Positions 26,811 to 40,139 of a stretch of DNA of 64,000 nucleotides are shown here, piece after piece. The number at the start of each line of letters is the position of its first letter. Position 1 is the first letter of the stretch. The stretch lies in NCBI RefSeq assembly GCF_000181795.1, contig NW_003526941.1, positions 6,616,428 to 6,680,427 on the forward strand. The letters run 5' to 3'. The notes under the pieces were generated by a model, which saw nothing but the letters and a program-made list of their open reading frames with translations, had not been told where the DNA came from and did no database searches. The position numbers and the translations under genes were made by a program. The stretch is from Trichinella spiralis. Taxonomy: Eukaryota.

Positions 26811-29589
26811 AAAGGAAAGAAAAAGCTGAAACACTGGCAATAAATAAACTGACTCTCTTCTTACATGCGCGGTATACATAATACATTGTTTGTTTCAGTT
26901 ACTCTTTCATGTTCTGTTTTGCACTGCATCAGCTTTGCATGTCGAATTTTGTTTTATTTATTTATTTGTTTGTTCTCGTTTGCTTGTTCACTTTTCCATG
27001 TTGGTGGGTGCAATCATTTTTTAATCACTTTGAAAAGTAAAACCTTGTTGTTTGGAATTTGCAAATGAAGCGTTATTATTTTGAACTGTGGTAATTTTAT
27101 TTTTAAAGCTATTCACATTTATTTGCATTTACTGTACAAGTTTAACGTTACGATTTTCATTACTCCTTGCTTCTGTATTTGCTAACAAACATACCGTTAC
27201 GTATTGCATTTTAAGAAGAAGTTTTCATGACCATTGTCCAAATTGTCCAACTCCTGCACACCGCCCTATCTCACATTCCTCCTAACCATGCACTGCTATT
27301 CTCAAATGATTTGCTTATTCTAATAACTATAGCAACTACAGCGGTGCTACCAACTCACTATGCTCAAAAATTGTTGTCCTTTGAAATGATCGACAAATTA
27401 TTCAACCATTTCTCTTTCCGCAAATGAACCCTAAACTCAACTCGACAAGGCATGGGACGTGAAAACGTTCAAATGCGGAAAGCCACTCAAATTCATTTAA
27501 ATAATATTACTCATGATCTACATCCAGTTACTCTAATTAACAAATATCTAAATTAAATGCTCGATAATTACATAAATTACAGACTCAAGAACTCCTCAGT
27601 GAAGTTTAACTAATTAGCCTAACTCAACAAATTGTACTTACCAAACTTACCCTCGTCCTCTTGGACGTCCATTTTCATCTTCTATTCTTCTGTATCTAAA
27701 TGTAGAAGAATTAATTTAATGAAATAATGTTATAATAAATAAAAAAACAAAGCCATTTTTATTGCTATTCTTCGTCCGTCATCGCATTGAAAACGCCATC
27801 GCACTCGCACCGCACACCGTAGGCCAACGACCATTGCAACTAAAGCCACGCTAACATACGTATAGCAGTGGAATAAAAATTTGCATACATTTTCTGGTAA
27901 ACAATTCCTACTGTGGCAGCTTTTCAGTACGTTGAGCAAACAAAACCTTTTACCACTTTTAATCTAAAATCACATCAAAATGATTATATGAGTTAGAACT
28001 TTACACAATAATAATTCTCGTTATGTTCTTCTTCTCGACTACGAAATAGCATTGAATTGCTGTAAAAAAGCAATTCAAATAAAATATTTCATAAAGATGC
28101 AATTATATCATCATTTTTTTTCACAAACTTTTCAGTTATGTGCACTTGAAGCTTCAAAATATTGATATTTCAATTTGTCATTTTGTGCCATTTTACTGTA
28201 GAATACGCTCAATTTTTCAGTTTACACTTGCATATAACGTTGAATTTCTTTGTAAGCTGAACAGGTCAAATATCCCTAAGCGCCAAGTGTTTTTTATTAT
28301 GCATGGAAGAAAAACTGTTGTTTTCCATACCGAAAGTTATTTAACTTTATTATCATTTTATATTAATTTATAATTCTACATCATCAGAGACCGTTTCTCC
28401 GGCTAAGTTTGTCGCAATGCGCAGCCATATGCTTTTTATTTTTTTGCAATGAGTTCCATTTATGTAGGTCATTTTTGAATTTTGAAATCCCAAGTTAAGA
28501 CATGCGGGGGCGCATTTTGGCTAAGTCAATTTTTTGTTATGGCGTTGTCAGATAGATAGTTTATATTTTGACTGAATTTGAAATTGCAAGGTCAAATCTG
28601 AATTTTCGAATGACCATCATTTGTTTAATTTGTCACTTTGTTTGAATTATTTCTTCAAATCCTTATGTTATCTGCTTTCTTGCAATTTATCATGTAATAT
28701 AAAATGAAAATACATATTATTTCTTATATTGTTTTTAGTATTCAAATCATAATTAGTAAAAAGATGAAATGACAGTTTCCTTAATAAGAGAAGTTTTTAT
28801 ATGTTTGGCAAAGCTACATTTGAATTTTCTCTTCAAACAGAGTGCATTAGTTAAGTAAATAAAGCGCAATGAAAAATACGCACTAGTCTCATTTATCAGC
28901 AGAAACAAATGAAATAAAAATTTGCATACGAGGACGTTCGCTTTATTGACATACTGGAAATAATTTTATTTTGAGGTCGTCCGTGTATGAGAGCGGTGCG
29001 TTGTGATTGGAAAATTCACTGAAGACCAATATCAAATGCCAAATACTAAATTTGTTTTTTATTCATTATTATTTTTTGGAATAATTTCTGAAAAATAATT
29101 TTGCAATCAACATCCAAAGACAATGAACATTAACGATGAGAAGATGACGAATTTAGCAGTAAGTTGCAGTATTTTCATTTTTAAGTTTTAATCATTTAAC
29201 AATACAATTGAGAATCGATATTGAGCATAATTTCTTAGTATATTCTCTATAAAGAATTCTCAACATGAGATGATAGGTGACTTAATAAACGCCAAATTTC
29301 CGTACAATTAAGTGTGATTAAATACACAGTGTGCACAGTGTTTATCCATTATTAAAATACGGTCTTTCGAAATCACCTTTGCAGTAGCTAACATGCACTT
29401 TCATTGATCTAGCAGCTTTTGCCCGCAAATGTCACTTAAACAGCTTCATGTGACTACTTGCTTACTGCATAGAAATTTTANNNNNNNNNNGATTTATGTA
29501 TCTGGAGGGAAATCGGACTGGACCGTGTGACTGTTCATTACTGTTCTTATTGTGTTGTAGCTAGTGGACAAATAAAAATCAACATTTAA

Positions 29590-30990
29590 CTCATCAATAA
29601 AAAACAAAATCTCTACTTACAAAATACTAAAACTTACCTACTCACATAATACTCTACAAAAATACTCACCAAACGCAGTGATGGCAACAGGCACTACCAG
29701 ACTTGTGTGATGTATCCGAAAACCAGTGCAAATCGACTATATTCACTATATATGATAGTATTACAATCATTATTTAATTATACCGTACTCCGGCGATAAG
29801 CGAAGCCACACAGATTTCTGGACCAATACTGAGTAACGCCATTAAGTCAACATAAACTAACGCAGGAGTATGAACGTATATCTGCTCGATGTTGATGATG
29901 TGATCCATTCCTATAATGGGCAAAATGTGTACTTATTTTTGTGATGGCACATTTAGAACGCATTGAGATAAAGGTGACATACCATGTTGGCAAGAACAAC
30001 AGGAATTCCAAAACGTTTTAATTATGTTGATGTACACTATTTAATTCGATCACAAGAAGCATACAGTATAAGCAGAATTAGAAGACATTAATAATAGTAA
30101 CAGATTATAGATACAAAATTACTCACAGATTTTTGTACATCTTTTCAATCCATTGAGGGAAACCTGAACCACCATTAGAGAAAGATATTCAAGTTCATAG
30201 AAATAGTTCCACTGCCCTGACACAACCCATTGCTATAACAAAGTGCATAAAATTCATTCTTACTGTGACGATGAAGAAAAGAAAAAAGCGGAACTGTTGA
30301 GACACATGACTGATCACGGTAGAAACATGAACAGAGCAAAAGTCGAACTAAAAAATAGATACTAAATAACACAGTGAAATAAAGTATTGGATTACAAAAT
30401 GAATGAAATTCAAATATCATCGTGATGCACTGTTATTCGGCTTCAATCACTTTTTATAATATGGCTGTTTCTCATAAGTATCATTTCAACCGCTATCCTG
30501 AGTTCATATAAAGCGCACGCAACGTAATATTTAGAACAGAAATAAGTAAAGTCGCATTACGTACTTGATTATATACCAATGAAGACAATTCAAAAAAAAT
30601 AAAAAAAGTTGAAATTATTTAATAAGTAATTAGTGTCATATAAACAGAATATTTTTTACCCACACTCTTTCCAGATATTGCGTTGTATTATCTTGCACAT
30701 CTAAAAATCTATATTTCTAATGTAAAATTCAAATTTCAAATTTACTAAAATCAAAGGCAACCAATCTACAATATTACTTACATTACGTTGCACGTACGAA
30801 TACAGTAACAGACGTGCTGCTGATGTCGCTGCTAACTTGCAATCTAAATATCTCGCAAATAATCATTTTGCGCAGCTGCTTGTTGGCCATCATTTTTATT
30901 GAAATTTCACGGGAATAAACAAGATTGCAAATAAACAGCAGATGAAAATAATTACGAAGCAAAGTGGCATCATCTTCTCATGATGGGATT
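29590..30990 (-). repeat. Cassette A, copy 1 (intron-like non-coding or pseudogenic repeat)
   Basis: Near-identical to 37640-39030 and 40701-41760. The minus strand shows a regular series of short GT..AG intron-like segments and an 81-codon ORF (30175-30420); spliced exons contain stops. Confidence 0.85.
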
Positions 30991-33490
30991 TTTTATATTC
31001 ATTGATATGAATAAAAAATAATGTAAATTCTAAAAGTGAATTATATTAATGCAGTCATCCATAAATAAAAAACAGAAATAGATACTTCTTCGTCTTCAGC
31101 ATCTGATGTATCTAAAACTTAGCAATAATAACACTAGAAAGACACCCGCCAGTTTCCATTCACTATATATGTTAAGCAACATGCATAGCATACCACCACC
31201 AAAATATCAAATCCAACTTACCAGTTATTCATGGATGGTGTTGAAGAGCGGAATTACAATTGACCACGTGCCAGATTGATAGAATTGCAGTGAACTGCAT
31301 AACCTAATAAAATCGATGTGCTTGGTCAATTGTATAATAAGTAAATTATGCAAATGACTATTTACTTTGCTTCACGAAGAGCAACCTAATTTTCCATCAG
31401 TAATAGCGCACTAAAATAAACAATATGATCAACATTATGAAACGAAACGATGAAATTTATTACGTTTCTATTTACACACTTCATATTACTACGTAATATG
31501 GCATTGTTATGCAAATTTTTTTCCCTAAAATTACCTAAGAGGAAATATTATTAACCTGAAGCATCGCAAATTACTAAAAATAAACGGAAATGCTATTTAC
31601 TACGTTCCTATTTACAATAACTACGTATTTATGCATATTGTATAATTTAGTTGCTTAAAAGTACAAGGTGATTCAATAATTTATATTTCATCAATGTTTT
31701 TCATCTAATCAAAATTATATGGATAATAAAAAATAGCTTGCACTGAAAATAGTTTCGAAAATAAAATACGTTTTCAGATTTATGGAAAATTAAACAGTTG
31801 TCATGAAATTTTGTAATATGCAGTTTATCTGAGCACAGAGGTTAACAAGTGCGCAGCGTTGCCATAATCTTGGTAAGCGGCTGCACCAGGGGGTATGACG
31901 CTTGACAGCTCACTTCCACGTTCGTTTGCGCCTTATGATAATTCACAGCAAGAGTGCAAACTTGGTCGAGCACTGCATCAGCGCGTTTCATACAATGTGA
32001 GAAAAACCCTAATCGCAGAAATTCAGTAACTGATCGATTTGCAATGAATTCAAGAAACTTATGCGGGTGACAATGCTGTATTGCATTTCATGAAAAGAAT
32101 AAAACAAAAGTATCACGAGTAGCCTGGATTTGGTTATATTGCTGGTCGAAAACAATTATGAGAAATTAGATTTATATGAGATGAAAACAGCTAAGTGCTG
32201 TCCATTCAACATTAAATAGGGGGGGGGGGTGGGCAGAATTTTCAGTTTAATGCGATCTCTGTTCAGCTTAGTATTATTACTCCTCAATGATGGGGATGAT
32301 TAGAAAGGAAAGGAGGGCGGGACAGCATAGCAGGAAGGAATGAGGGAGACGTTGAGGTAAGGAGGAGGTGGAAGTTGTCATATGCGTTCTTCCATTCAAT
32401 ATTCATATATAACATTCAGGTGTTGCTTCATTTATCAATACTGATAACATTGATGGGCATTGAGTTATTTTCTCAATGACATAAAATAGGTGCATCTGTA
32501 TAAGTCAGTGCTATGGGCGGTACAATAACATAATAGAAACTTTAAGGAGTCATTTCAAAAATGAAGGGAACGTTACTGCCATTCTGAAAGTATCAAAGGT
32601 GGTAGTATAAAAGTGTGTTCTCTCGCTAACAGCAGCTTTCCTATGTCATGGTGAAACAATCTTGTGCACGATTTGAGCAGTGGCAAGCATTTAGGGTGCG
32701 ATTGCGCGACTGCAGTATCCCCGTGACAGACAGTTCCTTTAAACAATTGGGCAAGTATGCTACCTTAGCAATAAACATGACAGTGGGCAGTAAAGATAAT
32801 GCGGGAGGGGTTCAACTGCTATGTCAGAGTACAGCGTTACAAATGGATTTGTAAGGACTATTGAAAATTATAGCAAAATACACCATTAGTACTATTATAT
32901 ATTGGCTTGGACGTAATAAAGTCTCGAAAATTAGTTGAACATCATTACTGAAGAACAACGCGCTAGTTTCCATTCAAAAAGACTAAAATCAAACAACTAC
33001 GAAAAGCTTATAAAGCGCGCATGTTTAGTGCAGTGTGCCAGGAAAAAGAAAGAAAACGTTTTATGAAAAATAGCAAATATATGAAAATTCATACCTGTCA
33101 GCAACCTGTCGGAGATGACGTATAGGGAAAACGTAAAGTCATACATTTTGTAACTGATGTTCGTGGTTTCTTCATATTTTTAGTCTCACAATCACAACGT
33201 ATTTGTTGAACTGAACCATGAAAATGACCAAATAACGCAACGCAGTAAGTAATTAGACCGCCCTTCAGCAGCAAACATTTATACTATAGTGCAGTTCTCT
33301 CAATAAACGGAAATTTATATAAGGAACATTGCTACTGCATTTGCATAGCACAAAGTGTACGTAGCAGAATGCCAACGGCAGTATTTACTATCACATTTGC
33401 ATAAAGTTACTCTTCTGACCTAGAAATGCATGTTTGCCTTTAAAACGTATAACAATGTAATGAGCCAGCATCAAAGATTATAATAATTCA
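30990..33490 (-). repeat. Repeat R1 (~2.5 kb), inverted relative to the copies further right
   Basis: Reverse complement matches 62085-63885, 55790-57407 and 46748-48150 (e.g. CTAGGTCAGAAGAGTAACTTTATGCAAAT and GCTATGCTGTCCCGCCCTCC). No long ORF. Confidence 0.9.
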
Positions 33491-33867
33491 ACTGAAACAC
33501 ATCTGAGGCAGGTGAAACAACTAAGTCTCACTCACCTCTTCAGCGCGGAAAGCCTAGGCTTTACTTTTAAATAGATTATTAATTTACATGTATTACGTGT
33601 ATTATTTCATTTTCCCCCATTTTAACTGCTTTGTTTTTGTTCCTATAAACTAATTAATATTGCTGGCTGGCAACTAGTAATGGCAAACATGATTTTTCCC
33701 TTTTTAACTAATCCTACATGAGCATCATCGTTAAGAAATAACGCAGTATTGGTCTTTTGTTACGTCTGTGTATTGTGTCTTTGTATTTCTTTGTAATGAA
33801 GAAGCTTTCCACACTCGACATCGCCAAATCGTATCCATCTTCTCCAACGTGCCAATACTTACCTCAC

Positions 33868-33935
33868 TTGACCATCGTATGGAATTGACCAACGAACGGA
33901 ATTGACCAACGAACGCAATTGACCAACAAACGATT
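33868..33935. repeat. 17-bp tandem repeat AATTGACCAACGAACGG, 3-4 copies
   Basis: Visible tandem units. Confidence 0.8.
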
Positions 33936-36764
33936 CGATCCAACGTATCCACAACCTTTCACCGATCTTGGCTTTCTCCACTTGTCTTCTTTCTTGTCCA
34001 TGTGCATTATTTTTCCATCGTTTGTTACGTGTTTACTTATTTGTATGCAATGCTTTTCATGTGTCAGAGATTTTACAAAGTCAAACGCAAAATAAAAGAA
34101 TCAGAGAAAAAATATTTGGAGAAACAAATTGAAGAAAACATGCAAATGTACAATATAAGAAGAAAAAAGTGAAAATCAAAGAAATCAAAAGAAGTAACGG
34201 GAGAAATTGAAAATTGAATGAAATGAATAAAGTGAGGAAAGATAAAGTTTGATTGAATGAATAAAAATTTAAAAAATAAAAATAAAATAAAAAAATTTGC
34301 TTTGGAAATGGTACAAAATAGAACCATGTAAGAAAAGATAAAAATTACAAAATAAACAGAAATCAAAAATTATTTCGAAACATGAAAGCAGTTGCATACA
34401 TAAATTTTGCTGCGTGAAAGAACAAGTACTGCATTAATTCAAAACTCAGCCATGTAGGTTGGTCGTTAACTTAATTACAACTATGGGATAACTTCGCCCT
34501 TTCGAAGTATCCCAATCCCAGACCTACAGAATTGGGATCCCAGGAACTTTGTCTTCTCTTGTTCTGCTTCGTGTCGTCCGCGTTTTCACTTCTTCTTTTC
34601 TTCACTGGTCATATCTGTAAGAATGGTAAATGTTAAATGAAAACTTTTCGCACTTCATTACATAATGGAATTAAAAAATTGAACAAAGAATTTTGAAACG
34701 GAAGAAGTAACTGATTTTCAATTAAAAATAGCGCTAACAAAATAATTATATATAGAGGGTTTCTAAAAAAGGAGTTCAAATGCACAGTTACAGTCACCGA
34801 ATGAGGAGTATGCAAAAATTTAGAAATGACGTTGACATTTGAAATTCAGTCAAAATATAAACTATCCGATATAACCCTATAACAAACAAAAATGGACTTA
34901 GTCAAAACACGCCTCCGCATGTCTAAACTTCAGATTTGAAAATTCAAAAATGACCTAGATAAATGGATCTCATCGCAAATCTTTACATTAAAATTTAAAC
35001 ATACTAGCTGCGTACGTTGACAAGAAAAGTTAATTAAACAAAAAATGTTATTTACCAAATGTCTCTGATTATGCGAAATTTGAAAAAAATAATATAACGT
35101 GATTATAAAGTTAATTAACTTTCAATCCTTCTAAAGATGAAGTCTTGCCTAATCTTAATATAATATGAAAAACAAAAAGTACAGTTTTACAGTGAAAAAT
35201 ATCTTACTCAATTATTACCTATTACAAATTTCGTTAATTTAATTAAACTAAGGAATAATTTCACCCTTTCGAAGTATCCATATCCCTGAATCATAGAATC
35301 ACGAGAAATTATCACATTTACCTCTTCTCTTCTCTTGCTCTGCTTCGTGCTTTCCGTCATTTCGCTTTTTCTTTGTTCCATTCTTTAAACCTGTAATAAT
35401 GATATTAAATCAAAACTGTTCTCACTCAATTTATCATAAAGTAGAGTTACAACAAGTACAATAATTAACTACTTTATAATTAAAAAGTAACTGTTTGCAA
35501 AATAAGTATACAAAGTTTAAAAACTATGCAGAAAAGTGGAATTGAAACGTACTGCAAACGCACCGCACGCCGTAGGCCAGCAATCAATGTAACTAAAGCC
35601 ACGTAAGCGAGCGCGTCTCTGTCGAATAAAAATTTGCATACATTTTCTGGTAAACACGTCCTACAGTAGCTTCTTTTCAGTACCCTGAGTAAACAAAATT
35701 TTCACGATTGTCAACCTAAAATCACAAAAAAAGCAATATATGTTATGCAATTTTACAATAATAACTATTATGCTATTTACCACCGCTAGTTATCATTGAA
35801 ATGTTACAAAATAGTATATTAAATGAAGTTGTATATATGTTGAAAGTTGAGGATTGTAACGAGCTATAGCACCAAAGCAAACAAACGGCAAGGCCACGCA
35901 TGAAAATTTGCATTTTATCGACCTGACGCCAATCTCAGTGGTCGAATAATTTTGACGTGACTTTAACTTTGGAACTAAATTTATAACTTTAATTAATTTG
36001 ATTTATTTTCGCTATCAAATAGTATGTAGATCTTAGCAGTAATGTGATCATTTTATATTGCAAGCTTGAATCTGTCGGTTTGGCTTGACATTGACGATTG
36101 TGAAAACTATGCTTGCTTAACGTAATGAAAAGTAGGCTTTGTACTTGTTTACCAGAAATTTCATGCAAATTTTAATGCGTGGCCTTGACATTTGTTCGGC
36201 TATGAACTAACTATATAGCTCGGCACAAATCTGAACTTCTAGTATACGTAGCTGCTGTTCAGTTGAACGTACCACAAGATTAGCATTCAATTGTTTGGAT
36301 TGAAACAAATATTGATTGCATTGAAATTTTCATTCGGCACCTTATTATTCATTATTAAGCAGATTTGACATTTTGAATTTTTATTTTCATTTGTGCAAAG
36401 TGACAGATGAAGTATTTACAAAAAAGATGCGCAAGTCTGCAAATGGTACTGTAGTCAAGGCTAGGCANNNNNNNNNNTTAGGACAAGTTTTGTACTATAT
36501 ATTGAATGGAGAAACGCTTAAGGGCCTGTGCAAGTTGTTGGTAGCCCTGGGGCATAGCCTGAGGGGAAAGAGGGGGCTATATTTTAAAAAATTCGAAATT
36601 TTCAGAATCTTGCTTGAGGCATAGCCTTAGGCGTAGCCTTAGGGCAAATAAAAATTTGCATATTACCCATAGGCTATTAAAAATTTGCATATTTTATGAA
36701 ATAAATAGCCTCAGGCTTTTTAAAATTTAATTTTAATATTTACATTCCATTACACTTCATAAAC

Positions 36765-37075
36765 CTATGTATGTGCCTTTACTATACTTACCTTCACCCT
36801 GAACACTACTTACCTTCACCGACGCAGTACTCATCTTCACACTTATACTTACCTTCACCCTAAACTACTTACCTTCACACTTATACTTACCTTCACCCTA
36901 AACACTACCTGCCTTCACCGATGCTGTACTCACGTTCACATTTATACTTCTTTTTTATACATCTATTCTTATTTTTTCATCTATTTTTTCATTTATATTT
37001 ATATATCTATTCTTACCTGACTTACCCTTAACTATTATACTACTTACCTTGTCTTTTTAGACCTACTTACCCATA
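36765..37075. repeat. Shorter, degenerate copy of the CTTACCTTCAC minisatellite
   Basis: Repeated ACTTACCTTCAC cores; same right flank as the 39.3-40.1 kb array. Confidence 0.9.
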
Positions 37076-37079
37076 GCTT

Positions 37080-39030
37080 CCTTGTCTTTTTAGACTTAGA
37101 TTTACACTAAAATCTAGGAAACACTAGTACCAAACAATAATTATAAAAATTATAAAAAGCAATTATGAAAAAATTATGAAAAGCAAAATTATAACCTGAA
37201 AAACTAAAACGATAAAATTTACACTTTACAACATACAGTAGTGCTGTGATGACGTATTTATCGACGTGATTACGAATCTTTGTAAAAAAATCCACATGTT
37301 CAATAACGGATAGTTACCAAAGAATGCAGCAATTTCATTCATCTATATCTAAACTTAATTTGATTCTAAAAATATTTGCAAAACAAGTGTGCACAAAAGT
37401 AAAGCATGTTAAACAAAACTGATATAAAACAGCCATATTATAAAAAATCAATAGAAGACAAATAACAGTGCATCGTTATTTCTTAATTACTAAGTATACA
37501 AATTTGTAGAAAAATTACTTGCTAGTCATACAACACTTGTCTTTCAGGATGCAAGCATCTCAACAGTTACGCGCTGAAATTTTCAATTAAACATCCTAAG
37601 CATGTGATAAGCAACACCGCAGTGTGAATGAACACTATCACTCATCAATAAAAAACAAAATCTCTACTTACAAAATACTAAAACTTACCTACTCACATAA
37701 TACTATACAAAAATACTCACCAAACGCAGTGATGGCAACACGCACTACCAGACTTGTGTGAGGTATCCGAAAACCAGCGCAAATCGACTATATATGCTAC
37801 TATTACAATCATTATTTAATTATACCGTACCCCTGTGATAAGCGAAGCCACACAGATTTCTGGACCAATACTGAGTAACGCCATTAAGTCAACATAAACT
37901 AACGCAGGAGTATGAACGTATATCTGCTCGATGTTGATGATGTAATCCATTCCTATAATGGGCAAAATGTGTACTTATTTTTGTGATCGCACATTTAGAA
38001 CGCATTGAGATAAAGGTGACATACCATGTTGGCAAGAACAACAGGAATTCCAAAACGTTTTAATTATGTTGATATACACTATTTAATTCGATCACAAGAA
38101 GAATACAGTATAAGCAGAATTAGAAGACATTAATAATAGTAACAGATTACAGATACAAAATTACTCACAGATTTTTGTACATCTTTTCAATCCATTGAGG
38201 GAAACCTGAACCACCATTAGAGAAAGATATTCAAGTTCATAGAAATAGTTCCACTGCCCTGACACAACCCGTTGCTATAACGAAGTGCATAAAATTCATT
38301 CTTACTGTGACGATGAAGAAAAGAAGAAAGCGGAACTGTTGAGACACATGACTGATCACGGTAGAAACATGAACAGAGCAATAGTCGAACTAAAAAATAG
38401 ATACTAAATAACACAGCGAAATAAAACATTGGATTACAAAATGAATGAAATTCAAATATCATCGTGATGCACTGTTATTCGGCTTCAATCACTTTTTATA
38501 ATATGGCTGTTTCTCATAAGTATCATTTCAACCGCTATCCTGACTTCATATGAAGCGCACGCAACGTAAGATATAGAACAGAAATAAATAAAGTCGCATT
38601 ACGTACTTGATGATATACCAATGAAGACAATTCAAAAAAAATTAAGAAAGTTGAAATTATTTAATAAGTAGTGTAATGTAAACAGAATATTTTTTACCCA
38701 CACTCTTTCCAGATATTGCGTTGTATTATCTTGCACATCTAAAAATCTATATTTCTAATGTAAAATTCAAATTTCAAATTTACTAAAATCAAAAGCAACC
38801 AATCTACAATATTACTTACATTACGTTGCACGTACGAATACAATAACAGACGTGCTGCTGATGTCGCTGCTAACTTGCAATCTAAATATCTCGCAAATAA
38901 TCATTTTGCGCAGCTGCTTGTTGGCCATCATTTTTATTGAAATTTCACGGGAATAAACAAGATTGCAAATAAACAGCAGATGAAAATAATTACGAAGCAA
39001 AGTGGCATCATCTTCCCATGATGGGATTTT
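37080..39030 (-). repeat. Cassette A, copy 2
   Basis: Matches 40140-41760 and 29590-30990; repeated ORF 38217-38462. Confidence 0.85.
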
Positions 39031-39294
39031 TTATATTCATTGATATGAATAAAAAATAATGTAAATTCTAAAAGTGAATTATATTAATGCAGTCGTCCAT
39101 AAATAAAAAACAGAAATAGATACTTCTTCGTCTTCAGCATCTGATGTATCTAAAACTTAGCAATAATAACACTAGAAAGACACCAGCCAGTTTCCATTCA
39201 CCATATATGTAAAGTAACAAGCATAGCATGCCACCACCAAAATACCAAAACCAACTTACCAGTTATTCATGGATGGTGTTGAAGNNNNNNNNNN

Positions 39295-40135
39295 TTATTA
39301 CTTACCTTCACACTTATACTTACCTTCACCCTAAACACTACTTACCTTCACACTTATACTTACCTTCACCCTAAACACTACTTACCTTCACACTTATACT
39401 TACCTTCACCCTAAACACTACTTACCTTCACACTTATACTTACCTTCACCCTAAACACTACTTACCTTCACACTTATACTTACCTTCACCCTAAACACTA
39501 CTTACCTTCACACTTATACTTACCTTCACCCTAAACACTACTTACCTTCACACTTATACTTACCTTCACCCTAAACACTACTTACCTTCACACTTATACT
39601 TACCTTCACCCTAAACACTACTTACCTTCACACTTATACTTACCTTCACCCTAAACACTACTTACCTTCACACTTATACTTACCTTCACCCTAAACACTA
39701 CTTACCTTCACACTTATACTTACCTTCACCCTAAACACTACTTACCTTCACACTTATACTTACCTTCACCCTAAACACTACTTACCTTCACACTTATACT
39801 TACCTTCACCCTAAACACTACTTACCTTCACACTTATACTTACCTTCACTGATGCAGTACTCACCTTCACATTTATACTTACCTTCACACTTATACTTAC
39901 CTTCACCCTAAACACTACTTACCTTCACACTTATACTTACCTTCACCCTAAACACTACTTACCTTCACACTTATACTTACCTTCACACTTATACTTACCT
40001 TCACCCTAAACACTACCTGCCTTCACCGATGCAGTACTCACCTTCACATTTATACTTACCTTCACATCTATTCTTACCTGACTTACCCTTAACTATTATA
40101 CTACTTACCTTGTCTTTTTAGACCTACTTACCCAT
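39295..40135. repeat. 40-bp minisatellite CTTACCTTCACACTTATACTTACCTTCACCCTAAACACTA
   Basis: About 13-14 perfect units from 39301 to ~39849, then degenerate units; each unit is 18+22 bp subunits sharing CTTACCTTCAC. Left end abuts a gap, so the array may be longer. Confidence 0.97.
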
Positions 40136-40139
40136 AGCT

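Noticed and set aside
30175..30420. 81-aa ORF (also 38217-38462) as a real protein
   Set aside because: It is conserved only because the whole repeat is recent, spans intron-like signals and has no recognisable domain; a micropeptide is not fully excluded.
34070..34370. 97-aa hydrophobic ORF on the minus strand
   Set aside because: Low-complexity A-rich tract giving a Phe/Ile-rich spurious translation.
39295..40135. CRISPR array or telomere repeat
   Set aside because: No unique spacers and a eukaryotic context; CCCTAA occurs only once per 40-bp unit, not as a telomeric tract.
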